Part shown: positions 12,301 through 21,300 of the stretch, in pieces
Layout: each line of letters begins with the position of its first letter
Numbering within the stretch: position 1 is the first letter of the stretch
Assembly: GCA_040383485.1 (NCBI GenBank)
Contig: JBEIDK010000002.1
Coordinates: 7,766 to 71,765 of the forward strand
Length of the DNA: 64,000 bases
DNA from: Flavobacteriales bacterium
GTDB taxonomy: Bacteria; Bacteroidota; Bacteroidia; UBA4408
Direction of reading: 5' to 3'
The notes under the pieces: generated by a model
What the model was told of the DNA's origin: nothing
Databases searched by the model: none
What the model saw: only the letters and a program-made list of their open reading frames with translations
Program-made: the position numbers and the translations under genes

Positions 12301-15300
12301 GGTTTTGCATACAGTGTAAGTTGCATACTATCGGTTGCAGAACTACATCCATTTGTAGTTGTTGCGTTTAATGTAATAGTAATGACATTTACACCTGTTG
12401 AAGTATTAAAATCACTTACACTTGGAATGTATAAGGGCGCTAATGGATTAGCAGTAAGTTGTATAGTACCTCCACCAGTTGTAGTCCAAGAATAATTGGT
12501 AGCATTAGTAACAGTACCATTTAATTGGAATGAGCCTATTCCTTCGCATAATAATCCATCAACTCCAGCAGTTACAATTGGTCTTGGATTTATTTGAATA
12601 GTTAAGTTATCGGTTACTGTAACAGGACATATTCCTAATCCTGTAGCTGTTAAAGTAACTGTAACCGTTCCAGTTGCACCAGCAGTTGGCACAATGACTG
12701 GGTTTAGCGTTGTTTCAGTACCCGCTTGAATTGTTGCAGGGCCTGCCACGCTCCAAGAAAATAAATTTGAATGTTGAACACTTGCTCCAGTAATTGTATA
12801 AGTACCTGTTTGACAAATGGTTCCATTATTTCCTGCTTCTACTATTGGTTTTGGAATAATATTCAATTGAATATTTCCAACACTACTAGGACATACTCCA
12901 TTTGCAGAAGCAGCAGTCAGGGATAATGTTACATTACCAGTTTGACCTGTTGCAGGAGTATACGTTGTAGCGGTTGTATTATTTGGAGTAAATGTGCCTA
13001 AACCATTTGAAGCACTCCATTGAAGACTAGAATAATTAGTTGCTGAAGCATCTGTATTTGTGATGGTTAAAGTAGAACCTTCACAAATTGTTTTAGAACT
13101 TGTTACTGTTACAAAAGGTTCTGGAACAATAGTGATTGTTTTAACAGAAACTGCATCTTGAGCACATTCAGTATATCCTGTTGCAGTTAGTGTTAACGTT
13201 ACTGTTCCTGTTTGTCCTGACGCTGGAATATAAGTAGGTGTTAATGTATTTATTGTAGTGACATCTAATGCACCTGGTCCAGTTGCTGTCCATGTGATTG
13301 TTGTGTAATTGCTTGCGGTTGCTTCTCCATTAGCTAAAGTATAATTGGATCCTTCGCAAATTGTAGCTGCGATACCTGCATTTGCAGTAGGATTTTTACG
13401 AATAGTAATTACTACACTATCAGTTTCAGGTGGGCATGTTGTATTGCTTGTTGCTTCTAAAGTTAATGTAACTGTTCCGTTAAGTATATCGGCACTACTC
13501 GGTATATAGTTTGTCGTTAATGAATTTATATTACTAAATGTACCTGTTCCTGAAGTAGTCCAATTATAGCTAACAGAATTACTTGCTGAACCATTTAAAC
13601 TTACAGTTTCATTTTCACAAATTGTTTGATTTAAACCTGCATTGACTACTTGAGTTGGTGTTAAATTTAAAATAACAAAATCAGTAACAGTACCAGTACA
13701 TGGTGCAATTGATTGAGATGTTACAGTCAATATAATAGGTGTGCCTGCTGCAATTTCAGCTGCACTTGGGTTATATATTGGATTTAAAATAGAAGTATTA
13801 CTAAAAGTCCCGCTATTTACTCCACTACTTGAGTTTGAAGTCCAAGTTATCGTTCCATTATTTTGACCAGTAACCCCAGTTATTTGGAAAGGTTCGCTAG
13901 AACAATTATTTCTATTTTCAACACCAGCATCAAGTATCGGTCGTTTTTGAATAGTAACTGTTTTCGTTGCGGTTGCTACCGAACATACTGGGTCGCCAAA
14001 AGCAGTAAATAGAAGTGTAAAACCATTTATATCGTTACTTCCTGGTGTATAATGAGCTGTTTCAGCATTTTCATTGGTAAACGTTCCATTAGATGTTCCG
14101 CTAGTTGTCCACAATACGCTATTTTCATTTGTTGCAGTAGCTGTAGCAGTAAATACTGTTCCTTCACAAATAGTTTCATTTGGTGTTGTCGTTACAATTG
14201 GAGCAGGTTTAATGGTAATTACTATTTCCTCAAAGTCAGTCATAGCGCATAAAGCATCTGACTGAGCTGTTAAACGTAAGGTTATCGTATTCAATAATAA
14301 ATCAGCTGCAGAAAAATTATAAGTAGTTACTAAAGCTGTATTGCTTGCAAAAGTACCGGTTCCAGTTGTGGTCCACAAATAGGTTGTATTTGTGGTTGTA
14401 TTTGTAACCGTGGCAGCAATAGTAGTTGCATTTAAAGCATAGGAAGTTTGTGTATTACAAATAATATCCGTTGTGTTAGCAAAAGTTACAATTGGTTTTT
14501 TAATTACATCCAATGTAAATTGTTGTGTTGTTACTTCGGTACAAGGTGCATTACTGTTAACACTTACTTCAATGATAACGGTATTGCTTGAAGTATCTGG
14601 TGTAAATATTGGAGTAGCTGTATTTATCCCAGATAAAGTTCCAGAACCTGAAACGATTGCCCAACTTATAGTTGATGGATTATGATGGTTAAATATTGCA
14701 TTTAGTTGTTTAGGCGTATTTTCACAAAAAGTGTAGTTTGTTTGTGTAGCATCTATAGTAGCTTTCTTAGTAATATTTACTCGTATAGTATTTACTATTG
14801 GTGTTGCACAAGGCGCAATTGGAGTTACAGTTAAAACTAAATTCGCGAATCCAGCTGTTATATCAGCAGCCGATGGAGTATAAGTCGGCGTAAAAGTCGT
14901 ACTTCCTGTTAATGAGCTTGGATTAGTTGTTGTCCATTGAATTGAAGCTATTGAAGTTGGATTAGTTACCGTAATTTGACTTAATGGTACTTGATAGGTT
15001 TCCGTTTCACAAATTGTAACTTGTGATGGATTTACAGTGATTACTGGATTTTTTGTAATCAAATGTTCCACAGTAGAACTAACTGATCCAGCACAAGGCG
15101 CTATTGCATCAGCTGATAACGTTAATAATACACGGCCGCTTGCAATTTCAAGAGGGCCAGGGGTATATTCAGTAATTGTATTTAATTCTGAAGCAGTAAA
15201 TGTTCCGTCTCCACCATTATTATTCCAAGTTAAATTAGTTACATTACTTGATAATGCATCGGTTGTTGTAATTACACTTCCTTCACAAATTGTTTGCGTA

Positions 15301-18300
15301 GCTCCTGCACTAACACTTGGTTTTTTCTGTATTGGAATACGTACTGTTTTAGATACATTTGTACTACAAGGCGCATTTGGTATTGCAGTGAGTGTTAAAT
15401 CGATGTAATTATTATTTATATCCGTCAAACTAGGTGTGACAATTGGAGTTAACGAAGTTGCATTTGAAATAGTAGTACCCGTTCCGGTTGTTGAGGTCCA
15501 AATGAATGAAGCTGCATTTTGAACAACTGTACCATTAACTAAAACATTTGTTTCATCTTCACAAATGGTTGGTTGCGGAGTTACAACTGTTATACTTGGT
15601 GTTTTAATTAAGGTTACATCAATAAAACTAACTAATGGTACAGCACATGGAGCTATTGGATTGGCAGTTAAGGTTAATCGAATTGGGTTTGCACTTAAAA
15701 TATCGGCTGCACTTGGTGTGTAAATTGGATCTATGATGTTAGTAAAATCAAATGTACCGGTTCCAGATGTTGACCAAACTAAATTCGATACTGTAGTTAA
15801 ATTAGCCGTTGCATCAGTAATTTGAAATGGAGTAGCACATCTAGTTATGTTAAATCCTGCATTTGCAACTGGAAGTTTTTGGATGGATAAAACCAATGAA
15901 CTTGATACAGGAACAACACACGGACTAATTGAATTTACGGTTAGGGTTAAAGTTACAGATCCTGATGCCATATCAGCATTTGAAGGATTATATACTGGAT
16001 TTAAAGGATTTCCTGATGGAGAAAAAGTACCTGTTCCAGATGTAGTCCACACTATTGAGTTGGTGTCATAATCGGTAACGGTTGTTCCGCCTATTCCGTA
16101 TGAATTCTGTGTAATACAAATAGCATCATTTGCAGTAAGGTTAATAACAGGTAATTTTTGTAAAAATAATCGAATGACATCGGTTGCTGGAGCTGAACAT
16201 GGTGTTAAAGGATTTGCCATTAATGTTAAATCCACAAAACCAAGATTATAATCTGCTGCAGATGGAGTATATGTAGCCGTTAAAGTAGTCTCATTTGTAA
16301 AAGTACCCGTCCCTGTTGTTGACCATGTTACATTAGAATAATTTGTGGCATTTGTTCCAATAGTAACATAACTTGTACCTTCACATATAGTAGCATTTGC
16401 AGGTCCTGCATTTGCTGTAGGTGGACTTATGAAATGTAACGTAATTGTGTTTGAAGTAGAAGAATTGCAATTTAATGGGTTTCTTGCTGCTGTTAAAGTT
16501 AATGTTACTGTTCCTAAAGTATAATCACTTGCAGATGGAAAATAGGTTGGTGCAATGACTCTATTATTGGGTGCAAATGTTCCAGATCCAGAACTAGTCC
16601 ATGTAAGCGTGTCATAATTTGAAGGGACTACTCCAGTAACAATATAAGAAGGGTCGCCCACACACAAATCTACATTTGGATTAATAACAGTTATAGTAGG
16701 AATTTTGTTGATTGTTAAGGTCATTTCATCCACTGCATTGGCATTACATGGGAAGTTTTTAGTTGCAACTAATGTTAAAGTAACCGAACCATTGTTGTTG
16801 TCACTAGGACCAGGTGTATAGGTTGGAGAAATAGTAGAACCTCCTGTGAAAGTTCCATCTCCATTTGTAGTCCATTGAACGCCAATATTGTTTGAAGCAG
16901 TAGCGGTTGTGATTTGGTACGATCCACCTTCACAAATTTGCGCATCTACACCAGCATCTGCAGTTGCATTAGGAATAATTGTTATTGTTGTGTTTGAACT
17001 TGCCGAAACGGTACAAGGTGCAATTGCATTGGCAATTAATGTTAAATATATTGTTCCCGATTCAGTAGGTTGGGACATATAAGTTGGATTGGTTGTATTG
17101 GTATTTATAAAAGTACCTGCACCACCATTTCTTATCCAATTGTATCCGCTTGAATTTGTTCCATTTCCAGGTATTACAACCATCTCTCCTTGGCAGATAA
17201 CTTGAGCTGCTCCAGCATTTGCGGTTGGATTTTTCTGAATGGTTAATACCATTGTATCGGTAACATTAGAACAACCTGCTTGGGTTCCAGTAATGGTAAA
17301 TGTTACAGAACCTGCATTAATATCATTTGGACTTAAGGTGTAAATAGGGTCTTCATTATGAATATTATCAAATGAACCAGAACCTGTGGATGTCCAAGTA
17401 ATTGAAGTTGTATTGGTAGCAGTGGCTTGTAATTGATAAGTAGAATTGCTTTGGCAAATTGTAGCATTTCCACCAGCAACTACACTCGGAGTTGCATTGA
17501 TAGTATATAGTACGCTATCAGAAACGGTTGGGCCGCAATTATTTATAGGTGTAACAGTTACTGTAAAGGTTACCGTTGTATTTAAGTCGCTTAGCGAAGG
17601 AATGTATATTGGGCTACTAGCAGTAGGATCAACAAAATTACCATTACCGTTTTGAACGGTCCAAAGTATTGAACCTGCATTTTGAATAGACGCATTTACA
17701 TTTATTGAACTTTGGCACACCAATCGATCTGGTCCAGCATTTACAATTGGATTTTTAACAATATTTATCACAATATTGTCAGTTGCAGGTGTACTACAAG
17801 GATTATTTCCTGCAGCGCTTAGGGTTAACGTTACAGATCCATTTAAAATATCGTTTGCCCCAGGGATGTATGTTGGCGTGAGTGAGTTAGCCCCAACAAT
17901 AGTTCCATCTCCAGTACCATTCGACCATAGAATAGTGCTATTTACAATGTTTTGAGCTGCCGTTGGATTAAAAGGTACTATGTAATTTGATCCTTCACAA
18001 ATAGTTACGGTTGGCGGTCCTGCATCAACTTTAGGTGCCGGTGTAATTAAAACCGAAACGGTGTCAGTTGCGCTAGGACATGTGGTATTTGATGATGCAG
18101 TTAATGTTATTACTATAGGACCAACATAATTTTGATCTCCTGTACTTGGAGTATATTCAGGGATATAAGGATTACTTTGATCTAATGATCCTGTGATTCC
18201 AGTAGGTAAAGTCCAAACTAAATTTGAAGCATGTAAAGTACCGGTTGCATTAATTTGAATTGGATCTGTTCCACAGGTAATAACGTCTGTTCCTGCATTG

Positions 18301-21300
18301 GCAATTGGTTTTTTATCAATTATGATTTCTAATTCCTCAGAATAACTGTTTGAACAAGCTCCAATTCCCGTTACGGTTAATCTTAAACGTACAGAACCAA
18401 ATGCAATATCAGCAAGACTTGGACTATATTTAGGATTGGCAATATTAGTAAAATCAAATGTCCCAGAACCTACTACCTTTGACCATACTATTGATGATGG
18501 TGTGTGATTGGTAATTGTAGATTGTAATTGAATTTGTGTAGTAGTTTCACATACACGAAATTGTGGCGCACCTACTATTGTAATTACAGGTTCAGGTTGT
18601 ACTGTAATAGTTACTTGATTCGTTTTTTTACAACCCGTTGCTGTAACCGTTTCTTCAACGGTATAGGTTGTCGTAACCACTGGATTAACTGATGGATTAG
18701 AAGAAGTAGATGTAAAACCTACAGGTGTACTATTCCAAGAATAAGTAGAACCTACAGTTGGATTTCCTCCAATTAATAAGTTATTTCCATCGCATATAGA
18801 TGTATTTGGAATAACTAAAGGATTTGGTAGAGGGTTAACGATAACTTGAAATTGATCTTGAACCGAACATCCTGTAATATTGTTAGTAATAGTGTAGATG
18901 TAATTTTGGGTAACTACTTGATTAAAAAGTATGTTTACTTGAGGTAAAGTGCTAGAATAGCCTAAATCTGAAGTCCAAGAATAACTGTGTCCTCCAATGA
19001 AAGCATCACCGAAAGTTTTTGTTGCTCCAAAACAAACTTGTTGGTTAGGAATATCTGTAACAACTGGTGTAGCTTTTATAGTTATTGTCGCAACAGAAGA
19101 TTGAGCTTCAGAGCAGATACCATTTTTTACTATTACTCTATATTGAGTGGTAGTAGTTAATGGACCAGAAGTATAGCTATTTGTTGTATTTGCAATTGTG
19201 GTCCAATTAGTTCCACCATCAGTAGATTGTTCCCATCGAAGAATAGTTCCATTAAACCCTGAAACAGTTAATAACCCACTAGTTTCTCCTTTACATATCG
19301 AAGTTGATGAAGAAAGTGTTCCTCCATTACTTTGGGAATTCACATCAATGAAAGCCGGTGATGAATATTCTACGGGTGCAGTTCCGCTTTGAATAACAGC
19401 TCTAAAATAGGTTGGTGTACTTATATTTGTAGCAGTATAAGTTGCATTAAGGTTGTTTATATCAGTAACATTAGCCGAAAAATCAGCAATTGTAGATCGC
19501 TGCCACTTTATTATATTTCCTGTGTATCCTGATAATGTTAATGTTGTTGAATTTGTTCCCGAACATACCGTTGTAGATCCCGAAACAGCACCTCCAATAG
19601 AATTAGGAAATACCGAAATAGTAACAGCAGTTCGATTATTACTTTCACACCCATTAACTGTTTGTGTAGCATAATAAATTCCGGTCGACAATAAAGTTGC
19701 GCTATTTATAGCAGTACCACCAATAGCTGAAGAATACCAATTTGGAGTTCCAGAGCTAACAATTTGTAAATTAGCAACAGTTGCATTGTCAGATACTAAA
19801 AAGGATTGTGCATTTGCAATAGGAGCTACGGGTGTAGCAGGTTGTGTATTGATTGTTACAGTTGTTGAATTAGAGGAAATACATCCATTAGCATCTGTAA
19901 CCGTATAATTATAGGTGCCAGTTGGTAATCCTGAAATAGTAGTAATTGATCCAGATGATGTAAAATTCACATTTCCAGGAAGTCTTGTTAATGTCCAGTT
20001 ACCTGAAGGTAATCCACTTAAACTTGCACTTCCGGTAGCTACAGCACAAGTTGGTTGAACAATTAATCCAACAATAGGAGCGCTTGTAGATGGAGCTGCA
20101 TTAATTACAACATTTGATGAAGCTGATGAACTACAGTTTCCATTAGAAACTGAGAAAGTATAGGTGCCTGCGCTTAAATTTGTAACTGTATATGAATTCC
20201 CTGTAGCTGAATAGGTTTCTCCTCCGGGTGTTTTGGTTATTGTGCAATTGGTTGGTAAACCATTTAAAATAACACTGCCTGTTGGGTTGGCACAAGTAGG
20301 TTGCGTAATTGTTCCAATTGTTGGTGCTGTTGGTATGGTTGGCGCTGCATTTATAATTGCAGTACTAGTTGAAGAAACGCATTGATTACTATCTTTAACT
20401 GTAAAACTATAGTTTCCAGCAGCTTGATTATTTAAAGAGAAAGTTGCTCCAGTGCCATTATAAGATCCTGGGTTAATGGACCAACTACCTGTAGTAGGTA
20501 ATCCAGAGAATTGGATACTTCCTGTTGAAGTTGAACAATTGGGTTGAATTACATTCAGTTGAGGAGCAGCTGGAAGTGCATTTACGGTTACTAACACCGA
20601 ATCCGTATTAAAACATCCATTTGTTCCTAAAGCAGTAGCAGTGTAAGTAGTTGTTGTAGCAGGTTGAAAAGCAACACTATCTGTAATCGCATTATTCCAA
20701 GTTATTGAAGAAATCCCACTTCCAGTTGCTGATAAAGTAACATTTGATCCAGCACAAATATTTTTATCTGTTCCTGCATTAATTACAGGAAGCGCTTTTA
20801 CATTTACGGCATAAGTTCCAGTTCCAATACAGTCATTACTGTCTGTTCCATTAACGGTGTAAGTTGTTGTATTTGATGGAGTAACAGTAACAGAAGGCGT
20901 TGAACCAATTCCACCATTCCACACATAGGAATTAGCCCCAGATGCGGTTAATGTGGTACTTTGATTTAAACATATTGAATTATTTCCTGTAACTGTTATT
21001 GAAGGTAATGAATTAATTAAAACCGCAACAGAATTTACAGCAGAGCATCCATTACCATCTGTCCCTTTTATGTAATAAGTTCCAGAAGTTGCCACCAAAT
21101 TAGGTGATGTAAGTGGAGTAGTTGCTCCTGCATTTGTAAAATAGGAAAACGTGAGATTTGAATCTGACCCAGTAGTAACTGCTGATAACGTTAAATTTAC
21201 TGTGTTTGGATTACAAACAGGTGTCGGATTACTTGTAATTACTATCGGTTGTGGATGAACTACAAAATTAGCAGTGGTTACACATCCGTTCGCATTTGTA

